A stretch of DNA of 64,000 bases. Source: Carcharhinus amblyrhynchos. Its lineage: Eukaryota. The position numbers were made by a program, and so were the translations under genes. Location of the stretch: the NCBI GenBank assembly GCA_965287045.1, contig OZ336886.1, forward strand, positions 19,778,001-19,842,000, given 5' to 3'. The notes below the pieces were generated by a model that was given only the letters and a program-made list of their open reading frames with translations, searched no databases and was not told the DNA's origin. Positions 13,130 to 24,900 of this stretch are shown here, piece after piece (position 1 is the stretch's first letter; every line of letters starts with the position of its first letter).

Positions 13130-13327
13130 GTAAGAAGTCTCACAACATCAGGTTAAAGTCCAACAGGTTTATTTGGAATGCTACTCCTTCATCAGGTGAG
13201 TCACCTGATGAAGGAGCAGCACTCCAAAAGCTCATGACTCCAAATAAACCTGTTGGACTTTATTAACCTGGTGTTGTGAGACTTCTTACTGTGCCCACCC
13301 CAGTCCAAAGCCAGCATCTCCACATCA
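13130..13327. mobile_element. Fold-back Penelope terminal repeat with degenerate hammerhead core
   Basis: Arms 13130-13199 and 13201-13289 are largely reverse complements around tccttcatcaggtga-g-tcacctgatgaagga. CTGATGA is at 13205-13211. Confidence 0.8.
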
Positions 13328-14318
13328 TTTTCTGGAACATAAACACAGCATTGGCCTCAGATTTCATCACATCTTTATTTATACATCCAACACATTTCAT
13401 TAAAAGCTCCAGCATGATCTCTACACTTGTCAACAGCTCAAGTACAGTGGCCATCTAGTTCAATTCTCCAGCTAATCTCTTGTGGAGGGTTGATGCACCT
13501 AAAGGGAACAGGGGCATGCTAATCATAACTTGAAATGCTGGACAATACAGACAGTGCTAGCTTGTATGCCTGACCTGTGAAGAAAATCACCATCTACCCA
13601 TTAAATCTGCATTAACCTGGAGAAAGCAACAAGGAAATGAAAGGTCTGATGGTACTACTTTGATGGAAAAACAGAAAACCACAATGATTTCTGACAGCCT
13701 TCGATACTTTCAATATCTAATCTATTTATTTGGGAATGAGTTCAAAGAAAATAAGAAACTTAGTTTGAAAGTTCTATGTCTTACATCAGCATAGCGGCAT
13801 TATATATATTCGACGTTCCAGTTTGTGGACATGGTGGACTGAATTATTTAAGTAGCCATTTTTTGAATTGACACCCAAGTATTTGCAAAGGATAAAAGGA
13901 AAGGAAGGAACTGGGGTCACAGAAAAAAGGATCAAACCACTCTTCTTGGGACGATCAACTCAGAGATTATGAAAGGACACTGAGGAATCAGATCTTTACA
14001 CCATTAAAGTTCTAAATACGCCCAAAGCAGACTACCAAGGGATTGGCATTTGTGCTGTTCAGATCACGAGCTTCTCACAGAGTTGCAATCTCTGATCACA
14101 GAAGCCAAGTAGTTCCCAACTAAATTATAATTCAATGGTTACTCATTACAACTTGAACGTCAATGGGTATTTACCGTTTGGGGAATAAACCATAAGTGAA
14201 AGGGAAATAAAAATAATTAGCATGCTACATGCCATACTGTAATGTTACCAACAGAGGAGACAATAGCATTCATTGCATTCAACAAAACTGTTGAATTTAG
14301 CAACAAAGTACTCTTTAC

Positions 14319-14387
14319 CTTGTGGTCCCCCATGCAAACATTTGGTCCAATGTGGTCATAGATAACTGACTTCTCATCGTTTTCTGC
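14319..14387 (-). CDS. INPP5A: INPP5A-type exon (69 nt, about exon 14), AENDEKSVIYDHIGPNVCMGDHK
   Basis: Acceptor ctctgttttacag|GCA and donor AAG|gtaaag, phase 0 to 0. Matches recalled human SESEEKVVTYDHIGPNVCMGDHK, including the DHK of the DHKPV motif. Confidence 0.95.
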
Positions 14388-14603
14388 CTGTAAAACAGAG
14401 ATCACTTTCTTTAGAGACAGAGTGGCCATTCACAGCAAAGGTCTTTCCACAATTGCTCAGCAGTAAAGGCAAATATTTAGAAGGAGTGAGAAAGCAATCT
14501 ACAAGAGTTTTAACAAACAAGCAGAGTTGGAAGGCCACCCCTGCATGGATTTGTAAAAAAAAATCCCGCTGAAAGTCAGAAAACCATTTGCTCCAGCACT
14601 TAC

Positions 14604-14606
14604 AAA
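14604..14606 (-). other. Candidate 3-nt microexon (TTT, Phe); alternative 54-nt form 14604-14657
   Basis: Minus strand reads ggttttctcctccccttccaaaccccccacatcgTGCtTGCttccag|TTT|gtaagt. It preserves frame between the phase-0 exons. Confidence 0.4.
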
Positions 14607-15499
14607 CTGGAAGCAAGCACGATGTGGGGGGTTTGGAAGGGGAGGAGAAAACCATCTCTGGAAGTGGGTGAATAACATTGATGAGCAACAATTATATCCA
14701 CAAGCTGTTTCACTAATGGTGTTTGTGCTATTACTACGTGGCAGTTTCTAGTATTGATGATTTTGTTATTACTGGCACTTTCATTCATGGCAAATTGCAC
14801 CTTCTCTGTAACAACGTGATTATTATGCATTGGACTCAAGTACTAAGGGTAGTTTGTGCGCAGTTGTTGAAGGACTGTGTGAGAGGCCATTAACACATAA
14901 TCATTAAAGGCTTTGTATTAATCGGTACATGAAGTCGCAGAGAATAGGCAGATGATTGCTTATTCTGAATAATAAATATTGGTTTTTAAGACCATTTACA
15001 TCTTGAGTAGTTTAGCAACAAGAGCTGCTGAGGTGCCAGATTTGTACTGCAGGGCCAATCTTTATTGTAGTTAATAACCATTTGAGCATTTCAAAAGATC
15101 TGATCGGCCAAGAACAAATCCTGTTTGTAATGAACTTTTTCATGTATGTACAGAGCCTTCATTTCGAGGTGTGGATCACACTAATATCTGATGGTATCAA
15201 TCCTATTTTGGGGGTCAATGATTTTTCAGTTCTTCATTCTGCAATGTCTTATTAATGGGTGCACTTTAAAGCTTCCATTCTTGGCCGTTTGTAACTTTGC
15301 ATCACAATTATTTGATAGCCTAATTCCCTTAATTCCATTTTGTCCCATTAGTAGCAGGACAGGATTTCTGTTTTGTGCTGTGCCGTGTGAAAGGGCAGAA
15401 GACTGGGTCAGGGTTAAATACACATTTATGTGGTGTCTCTGGGACTGCCATCAGCACTCGGCATCACCCTCGCTGCTGCATGAGCTGCGACCTGGTGGA

Positions 15500-15513
15500 G
15501 TTACTATGGCAAC
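15500..15513. promoter_or_regulatory. RFX X-box-like palindrome GTTACTATGGCAAC
   Basis: 12 of 14 positions match GTTGCCATGGCAAC, in repeat-free intronic sequence. Confidence 0.4.
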
Positions 15514-16449
15514 CCTGAATAGGGCCCAGTGGAGGATCTTCTCCGTCATTTTTGAAAAAAAAATAAGTTGAAGAAGAAAAGTTTTACTGTGTAATTCTGA
15601 CAAGGCCAAGTTCTGAGTGGCATTTAAAGAATTGTTTTGTAAGAAAGAGTGTTGGGAGATTGGATGGACCAGACTCTTAACAGACCTATGAATGTCTGGG
15701 GAAATTTATGACCAGACAAAAGAAAATAAATGAGACCAATTGCAAATGTATCTTAATATTAGGAATAGAGTTTACTTTTCAGAGGAAGATATCATTCACA
15801 ATTTTGAACGAATATTAATGAGACTGGCAAAGTCAGTTTTAGAATTGATGACATGCAATTAATTTTCATTGCTCCAGAATGGGGAGAGATAGATTTCTGG
15901 AAGGATATTTGAATAGAGTTCATCTGTTGCTCTATAATACTATAGCCTGGTGGTAAACTAAATAGCTTTAGATAAAGACAGACCACATTCTTATTAAGGT
16001 CAGTACTTGCTCCAATAAAATTACCAGCCTTCTTTACTGAGACTGTAACAGCTTTTCTCTGCAGGGTATATTTCACTCCTTTGTTCAGAAATAAACCTCT
16101 TAAATGTTTATAATCTGATGTAAAATTGGCTGCTTTGTAAGGCCATGTACACGCAAAACAATTTCAATTGTGGGAAGAGCAAAATGGATCAGCTAATTGT
16201 GATCAATCTGCTACAATGATTCTTGAAAATGTCTCAAGCAGCAAAAGACAAAAGTAATTAAACGTTCACGAAAGCAACAATGGAGCGCACACAAAACCTA
16301 CATAAATGTGAAGGAAGTGAAGACATAAAGCTTCAGAGACTTTGTAACTCTACAGAATGGAGAAACAGCTCCTCCCAGAAACAGGGGAAAGTTACGGAGA
16401 TTTATATCGCAGACCACAGGTTGAATTTTACAGGTGTTGGGAGGTGTTG

Positions 16450-16995
16450 AGGGAGAGGGGTGAGTAGCATCGAGGGGGAGGGGGAGAGTTGCAGAACGGC
16501 GTGGGGGAAGGGTGTGGCATGGGGGAAAGGCATGGCACGGGGAGGGGTGCAGCGCAGGGAGGGGTGCGGATCGGGTGGAGCGTGGCATGGGGAGGGGTGT
16601 GGCGCGGAGAGGTACACGGCGCAAGGGGGCATGGTGGGCGGTGCGCGTGCGAGGGAGGGGTGTGGGGCAGGGGTGGGGTGTGGTACGAGGAGGTGCATGG
16701 CATGGGGGAGGGGCGCGGGGCAGGGGTGGGGCATGGCATGAGGGAGGGGCACAGCACAGGGAGGGATGTGGCACGGGGGAGGGACGAGGTGCAGGGGAGG
16801 GGCACGGCACGGGGGAGGGGCGCAGTGCGTGGGAGGAGCGCAGCATGGGGAGGGGCACAGCATGGGTAAGGTGCGGGTGTGGGGGATGGGCATGGCATGG
16901 GGAGGGGCGCGGCGCAAGAAGGGCGTGACGCAGGGGAGGGGCTTGGCCCAGTGGAGGGGCGCAGCGTGGGGGGCGCAACACAGTGGAGGGGTATG
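16450..16995 (+). repeat. G-rich degenerate minisatellite (about 15-nt unit ggcatggggaggggc)
   Basis: Dozens of GGGG runs and recurring ggcatgg/ggcacgg + ggagggg. Explains the stacked Pro/Gly-rich ORFs. Confidence 0.9.
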
Positions 16996-17666
16996 TTGAA
17001 TAACCAATGTCCTACAACTTCCAGTTGTTGTGCCTCTGCACCAACAGTACGGATGAGAAATTTGTAATATTTGACAATGTGTGCAGATCAGGAGCTACAA
17101 CTTCAATGTGCACTGTTGGTTCTTGGTTTCATTTTAATACCACTGGTGAGCTCCCTGCACTGTCAAACTGCCAGAGGCAGCTCACTGGATCAAAGATTTC
17201 CAACTTCCAATGGTTATCTTGTGATATAGGCTCTCAGGTTGGTCACTGCATGGGCACTGAGCTCCTATTCAAGAGGGGGCAGTTAGCATGGGCAGGCAGT
17301 GACTCCCTGGAAAGCTGAGAGCTGGGAGGAGCACTCTTGCTCCTAATCGCCTCACATCAAGATGATCTTTTAAAGTAAGTAAACTGGTTACTATGCAGCA
17401 AACTTTAAAAGTTGAGAGGTAGAGATTCTGACCCCTTCTTCTCACTGCTGCTGATTTCCTGGAGGGGATGACATACAGTTTTCTACCTTTTATCTACTTT
17501 GGCAATCATATGATGGGGAAGGAGTTCATTGATGTATCACAATAACCCCCACCCCGTGCTCAAGCAAGCACAGCAAATAGTAAGGTTTCACCTCCAAAAA
17601 TTTCACATTTTCACAAATTACTATTGTATTGTCACATCTTGGAGCATAAACCTGTTTGAACTATAA

Positions 17667-18446
17667 TGTGATGATAGTGTGTCTTTAAGAAATGTATTTG
17701 AACCATGTTCTTGTGCAGGATCTGGTGTAGCAGTTTTGTGCACCTGGAGCCAATCTGTCTACTGGCATCCTGTATTATAATTGTTTCTAATGGCTAGAAT
17801 ATTGGTTTTAATCTGAACTAATGCTGCTTTCCTGTTTCTCCTTGGGATTTTGCAGAATGGGGCTTGATTGGGATGATTGGCAAGTGTGGACATGTGATGG
17901 GGAAGGAGGGTTTACAGAGAATATTCAAGCTTAGAGGCTGCTTTTGAGTTGAACGAGAGCAGTGTCTCTTTCTTCCCCGCTTTGAAGTTGGAAATTGGAA
18001 TCTCCCAGGAAATAAATCTCTTTTTTAGAGATTCTGCTGTATGAAAGTGGATCTTTCTCTGAAAATTACTGTCTGGATCTCTGTCCAGAACTGTCAAAAA
18101 GCTGAAAATCCAGCATCACGTCAGCATTCTTGTTTTTGTGCTAACTAATTCTGAAGAACAGCGCATGTCTATGGGACACTGCTTTAAAGTGGAACAACAG
18201 AGATAGTTAGCTGTTAAAGATTGTTCTTTGGTATGTCTAAGTATTTTAATTGGTAGAAGTTATGCAAACTTTTTTTTTACTATATTCTAACTGTGGTTTT
18301 AAATAAAGTTTGTTTTGATAAATGCTTCCCAGTGGATTACTTGTATCATAACTGGAGTATGTTCACCAATACAAAATCAAATGTAAAATTTGAGGTTTAG
18401 GCCAACTCCATAATATGTCCTGGAGTTTCTGGTCTGGACCTTAACA
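17667..18446 (+). mobile_element. Probable solo LTR
   Basis: Begins TGTG and ends TAACA, with AATAAA near 18302. The 3' end resembles 30230-30252. TSD is not clean. Confidence 0.55.
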
Positions 18447-21400
18447 AATACTCCATGGTGAAATTAGCATCATAGCATTTAAGAGGAAAAGAGTCTTTTG
18501 TCAATTAAATATTCATTGAATGTAAACCGGTGATACAAATATTGTTGGGATTAAAGCATCAATTTATTGCCATTCAGCATTTATGCCAATGGCTCATCCT
18601 CTCACTTAACTGTAGAGAGGCACAAATATATTTTGGTTAGGTCCACATGACTGCAGAAAGGTCACGATCAAACTGAGACTGTCCTTTCACGTATAAACAA
18701 GTTAGACAAATCGATATCCTGTTCAGTAATAGAAACACAGGAGTCACCCATGATATTTTGTGACACTTGAGGCTGTGTAAATATAATATGACAGTAAATA
18801 GCAAGTATAAGCTTTGTGCATCACACTTCAATTAAACCTCATCCAAGTTCACAGTCGGTGCAGGCAGCCTTAATGCTCACTCATGCCCTACAAGTCCACA
18901 GCTCCCAACTTCGATTCAGCCACCTGCTCTCATTATAGTGCCTGTCCTCCTTCGATTGTAAATTAAGTCGGATGTAGAGGGCCATCTTAACATCAATTCA
19001 ATTTGTGTAAAACTCTCAGGATCAAATTTTATTTGTGTAATGTACCTTATAAAATACAACTGGCACCTCACCCATTTTTTTGCCTCTGCCGCGAGCTAGG
19101 CTGTACGTAGAGGATTAGTATGGCAGCCTGCAATCCATTTAGCCCAACAGAGAATATGTGGCAACATGGAAGCAATGGATTCAAATAGGAAAACTGGGTT
19201 TGAATAAAATCTCATTTATGAGAGGATTTATTAAGAAGGTTCTTGTGACTGTGTTACTTCATGCTTGTGATGTACAGTCAAATGGACACCATAGAAAATT
19301 AAATAAAGCCACAACATAAAAGCACAAGAAATCAACAATCTTCTAATTAGCTTTGAATGCAATGAGCTGCTTTAAGGTCAGACACATTATTATAAAGCAC
19401 TGTTGCCTACAATCAAAACCTAACCTTTTATATATATGCATGGATACATTCAATATGCTGGAATCATCATGTAGTCATAGCAGGAAGTTCAAGTGCATTC
19501 ATCAAAATCAAGATGATAATTTTCAAAAGCAGCTTAAAATTGTAGATTTTCGGCTGCATAATCTTAAGACAGGATAAACAAATTACAGCAGCATACAAGC
19601 AGAAACAAAACTACACTTCACTGAGCATTCATTATCACATGCTATCAAGCAGTTACGCAGCTCCGAAGCAGTGGCCAACCTTTGGTGTGTTAGGGCTCAG
19701 AAAGCATAAAATAACATGATGGTGAGTTAACGGACCGTGGCATGATAGATGATGTTGCACAGTGGCTGTTTACAGCTCCATGTCTGTACAATCTGTAACG
19801 CCTAGTGCATTGTGCTCAACGTGCCGAGCGCTAATATGAGACGATACACACATTAGCTGGGCCTCTATCTGCAGGATCCTAAAGTGAGCTCTCTATCTGT
19901 GCTATTATGTACCTGGGCAATCACGGGAGGCAATGAAATAAATGTGGAGAGAGATGCAATCTAATTATAATGCAAACGGCATTTTACGGATCAGATGCTT
20001 CACTTTTTACTCTGAATTGAGGAAGATCAATGAAGAGAGGGACAGATTGCTACAGGAGCAATATCAAACTGATGACAATGAACAGCACAAACCAGTCAAA
20101 AGGCTCAACTGGCTAAAACCTACACAAACTAAAACTGATATTCGCTGAACGACAAAAAAACCCCTCAAAATTGTTAATTTTTTATCAATTCAATTATCAG
20201 CTAGATGTCTACATAATCTGTCCTCTTGTTTGCAACTGAGTGAGGTACTGATTAGATAATCCAACATTTCAAGTACTGATAGAGTTTGGGAGACAAACTT
20301 GCATAAATCTTAAAGGCTATCCTTGCACTTTGTCAAAACTACAACGTCAGACAATAAAATGGACCAAATAATTCAGCATTTGCCTCTCATTTGTAATATC
20401 CAACATTTAAAATTGACACAATTCCATTTGCAGCTAACAAACTTCAAAGGGAAAAAAATCAACATTCAATGAGTTATTTGAGAATCTGTTAGGTACTAAA
20501 TATGTGTCCATTTAATGCTCCCAACACACGCTGAGGAAGAGTGTTGAAGGTCATGGGCCTTCTGACTCTGTCAGAAGTGGTGAAAGCCCTTACACGACAG
20601 AAAAGAGCGAAAAGCAACATTAACAATTTTAATGAGGACTGAAAAGATCAAGAACTAAGCTCCTGGTATCTTAGGAAGGGCAATATGAAATAGCCATGAA
20701 AATTCCCCCTTGCGCAGGTAAAATCAAACAAATGTTTGGTTCTTGGTTAGATGCATGGAGACGAGTAAAGCTTTCATGCTATGTAATATAGTCATGATTA
20801 TGGTAAAGTCAGCGTTAATGTTGCTTGACAGTATAGATAGTAATACAGTTAATGCACATGTGCCTTTGCATAAGATGGATGGTTTATTTTTGCTGTAGAG
20901 TAGGGCAGCGGTAAAGGATTTTGACTGAGGTTGCCGAGACCAGGAAGCAAGAACACAATACGACAGCCAAGGCAAGAGAGAAGTGAAGAAAACAGAGACA
21001 GAAGCAGACAGACAGGGAGACATACTGAAAATGACAGAGAAACGGATCTAGGGAAAATTTCAATGTCAAGATTATTTCATTTGATAGCCACTGTTTCAGC
21101 CAGGCTTAGAAATTCAAACCACAGTTCTCTTTACTGCCTTATAATAAATAAGTGAAGATAATTAAATAGTTTTGGAATGAAATATCTGAGTTTTGTTTTA
21201 AGAGGGCTATAATACAGTCAAAGGGACGTTTGCTCTTTGGATGTTGAATGATATGATGAATATCATTTTCTGCTTACGGTTATGTTTGTGTTAAACAATA
21301 GTACACAATGATCAGCAGCTCATTCATTTACTCTTCCTCCCCTGGAGTAGCGCGCTGGGATTTTGAACTAGCTGTGTGGCAAACACATGCTCTCTCACAT

Positions 21401-21849
21401 GGCAACGTTGCAAAGATTTTTTTTAAACAATGCAGCTTCAATTAGAGGCAGACAGTTTTATGCAAAATGACAGCACTCAGCAGTAAATCAGGCTGCTTGT
21501 ACTGTGCGGAACTTCACAGAGTTTGTTGCAGATGCCACTTGGTGCCAAATCACGCACCTCCTGGTGATGGAGTGCAATAGGGCCTTAGTGCTCCAAACCA
21601 TGGTGATGTCTTGTGAATGGGATAGGCAACATAAATTGCAATATACATTTTTTTAAACAAATGCTAATAAACAAGTTAGTCTCCACAGCCATCTTGAACT
21701 TGGTTTGGCATTGAGTGCACCTTTTAATCAGCCTTAGAGGATTTGTTTGTCACGAGGGGTACAATTGCACTGCCTAGTGGGATGGCCAAACATCATAACT
21801 TAATTCAAAAAAAGCATGACGCAGTGTGCAGAACTCAACAAGGATAGCA

Positions 21850-22085
21850 ATAGGTGCTAGGACAATAAAAAAAAGCTGAATAAGAATAGCAGAATCAATC
21901 AACAGATTTAAGAAAGAAATAGATATGTTTCTGATAAAAAGTAGGATAGGGAGCCATTGGGAGCAGGCAGAGAAGTAGAGTTGAGACCAGGGTAAGATCA
22001 GCCATGATCACATTAAATGGCAGAGTGGGTTCGAAGGGCTGAATTGCCTACTCCCACTCCTAATTTCTATATTTCTACGTTCCTA
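21850..22085 (+). mobile_element. CR1 LINE 3' end
   Basis: agatcagccatgatcacattaaatggcagagtgggttcgaagggctgaattgcctactcc...atttctatatttct, the CR1 3' stem-loop and tail. Confidence 0.8.
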
Positions 22086-22204
22086 ACAATCCATTACCCA
22101 GGCAGCACATTATCAACAGAAAAAAATAATACCTCAATGTTCACTGTACATTTCGTCAGTAAAAAAGTGATCAAGTTTCCTGCTTCAACAATACACAGCC
22201 ATTA

Positions 22205-22578
22205 GGGGAAGTGGTGGCACAGTGGTATTGTCACTAGGGTAGTAATCAAGAGACCCAGTGTAATTTTCTGGAGACCTGGATTTGAATCCCACCATGACAG
22301 ATAGTGAAATTTGAATTCAATTTTAAAAACTGGAATTAAAAGCCTCATAATGACATTTCCAATTGTCATAAAAATCCACCTAGTTCACTCACGTCCTTTA
22401 GGGAAGGAAATCTGCCACTTGTACCTCATACCTCTGGCTTACATCTGACTCCAGATCCACAGCAATGCGGCTGCCTATTAAATGGTCGAGCAAACCGTTC
22501 AGTTCAAGGCAATTAGAGAAGGGCAATAAATGTGGCCCAGCCTGCAATGCTCACATCTCCTGATTAAATTTAAAAAAT
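22205..22578 (+). mobile_element. tRNA-derived Meta-domain SINE
   Basis: A/B boxes, core gttcactcacgtcctttagggaaggaaatctgcc...gactccagatccacagcaatg, and tail gggcaataaatg. Confidence 0.75.
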
Positions 22579-22902
22579 CCTCCTAAATTTACAAGGTTGT
22601 TAGGGAGGTCAAGACCTGATGAATGTTGCACTGTGGCTTTTTCACCTCCAGACAATGTAGCAGACTGAGTTATACACCATTTTAAACTTTAACTTTGATG
22701 ATTAAACAATTACCGTATCAGTTCTTCAGAGACCCTACTAGGAGCACTGCACTAAGCAAGATAAAGACCTACATAGATATTCACCTGTAAGCCTTACGTG
22801 TAGGGCAGTATGGCACACAAAACTTGCAACCGTTTCTAACTAAACATTCATTCTTACATTTCTTCAAGATTAGAGGAACAAAACTGTGGGTTAACTACTT
22901 AC

Positions 22903-23014
22903 CTTATGAATAAGATCCCGTGCTGAATGAGACAAAAGGATACGATCACACCATGAGGGACACCTTGTGTTCATGTACTGCTTTCCCTGATTTGAATCCT
23001 CACTGTATGGATAA
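22903..23014 (-). CDS. INPP5A: INPP5A-type catalytic exon (112 nt, about exon 13), YPYSEDSNQGKQYMNTRCPSWCDRILLSHSARDLIHK
   Basis: Acceptor tttgtttcccag|T and donor AAG|gtaagt, phase 2 to 0. Contains the 5-phosphatase signature P(S/A)W(C/T)DRIL. Too short to appear in the ORF track. Confidence 0.96.
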
Positions 23015-23139
23015 CTGGGAAACAAATATCAGAGTTAGTGACTCTTTCTTTAACTGGGGTGAGTAAATCATAAAACCTCATACATGGTGTGGTTACCTCC
23101 AGATTTCACTATTCTAACACACTCCTGGCCAGCCGCTTT

Positions 23140-23670
23140 GTAAACTTACCTGAACTCTGCTGCCCTTGTCCTAACTTGCAACGAGTCTCATTCACGCATC
23201 ACCCCTGTGCTGGCTGACTTACATAGGCTCTCAATTAAGGGACACCTCAAAGGTCATTGGACTCGAAATATTAACTGTGTTTCTCTTTCCACAGATGCAG
23301 CCAGACCTGCTGGGTTTATTCAGCATTTTCTGTTTTTAACCTCAACTTTAAAATGCTCATCCCTGTTTTCAAATCGATGTTCTCAACACTCCCTATCTCT
23401 GTAATCCTATTCCAACCACTCAAGTCTCCCAGAAATCTGAACCTCTTTAATCCTGGCCTCTTGAGTATCCCTGATTGTAACCGGGATGCTCTGGAATTCC
23501 CTTCCTTGACGTCTACGCTTCCTTCCTTTCCTTTCCTCCACTCAAATGATCCTTAAAACTTACCTCTTTGCAACTGGTCCTAATAACTGATTATTTCATT
23601 TGATAACGTTCTTGTGAAACACCTTGGTGTATTTTACGACACTGAAGGTACTTCATGAATAAATGTTGTA
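23140..23670 (+). mobile_element. L2 LINE 3' relic interrupted by a Penelope terminal-repeat fragment (about 23250-23338)
   Basis: Encodes ITPVLADLHxL (L2 RT C-terminus), followed by a degenerate L2 tail. Confidence 0.75.
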
Positions 23671-23714
23671 ACTTTCCAATAACAATGCCACAAGACTTCC
23701 ACTGGTTACACAAT

Positions 23715-24900
23715 GGGCTGAATTTTATTTGCTCTTAGGCAGCAGGTTGGGAAAATAGTATTGGAAAATGCTGATGGATAGAATGCCCAATGTTATCTTG
23801 TTTGTCATGTCATACGTCCAGCGGTGGGATAAAGGGAATACAGCCCATCGGCTCAGAGCCAATTGAGCCACTTAAATGCCCAATTAAAAGGGCCTCTTCC
23901 TACCTCTGTTGAAAGACTTCTTACTGTGCTCACAGGATGACACAGGCATAGCCAATGGTGTCCAAGATGTGGGACAATCTTTCAAACACAGTAAACCCCA
24001 GAGCTTTGCCTTGCTGATTTAGGTTGCTGAAGAGGTGAAGGAGTTTGGTCTGCCAAACATGGTATTAATTACCTGTTTAATGCATGAGCTGCAAACTGAC
24101 TAAGGCTGCTGACAACCCCTGTAATAGTCTGGAAAAAGCTTGGGGAGGGAGGGGAGGTGTCAGCGAAGAAGCTGATGTTTGAATAATGAGAACACAATGA
24201 TCCTGACTGCAGCAGGCAATGCTTCTTGCAGACTTGGTTGCAAGAAGTGGCATGATTCTGTGACAGCTTCCTTCTTGCAGTGGTGCAGCTGCCATAGGTA
24301 CTGCCGCTCCACTGGACCTTTACACTCTCTGCTTGGAGAGAGGCAGGTAAGGCTTCTGATGAGCCCCCTCCTTCTATTTGTTCTCCCTAAACTTGCAGCT
24401 CTGTACTCTGCATTCTCCCGCGTCATCTCCTCCTCTTCTAGCTAAAATGGAATTGTTGGGATTCCCTGTGATAATAAAAAAAATGTTGCTTTATGTCCAT
24501 TACAAGTTGGTAAGGCTGTAAGGGTGGAACAAACACACTGATATGGTCTAAGTAATCAAAAACCACCATCTGATGGAAGCAAAATGTCTCTCCAAAGCTT
24601 TTGCAGCGTGTTGCACTGAGAACAGAAAAGAATCCTGTTAAATACTGCTAAAAATGGCAACCTCCCCACTTGTGCCATTGGTAGTTCTGAAGCAGGATGA
24701 GAAACTTGGGACACCAATGCTAAGTGGTGATAGAATTCTTTGCAGGATTCCAGAATCAGAATAGGACTCTTGTATTTATTCAGCCTCTGCTTATTTCTTC
24801 GTAGGATTGAGTAAGATGGTGCCAACTCAAACATTGCATTGGGCGAGCCTTGGGTGCAAAGTTTAAAGACAATTCCAACCAGTACCTCCCTGATCTACTC
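23715..24900 (-). mobile_element. Harbinger/PIF relic (transposase N-terminus and Myb-like fragment)
   Basis: ORF 24160-24426 has KEAVTESCHFLQPSLQ..ALPAAVRI, like HARBI1-type KExVTELCHLL...ALPVAVKV. RDILLPSDG is Myb-like. TIR-like gggctgaatttt. Confidence 0.7.

Noticed and set aside
1-14318. INPP5A terminal coding exon (PVF...CCVVQ)
   Set aside because: No matching sequence found by eye. It probably lies beyond the left edge of the window.
16298-17067. Stack of long Pro/His/Gly-rich ORFs (up to 227 aa)
   Set aside because: They are by-products of the stop-poor G-rich minisatellite and are open in nearly all frames.
23140-23160. Strong minus-strand donor CAG|gtaagt about 130 nt upstream of the exon 13 acceptor
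   Set aside because: It lies in an antisense L2 relic with no convincing paired acceptor.
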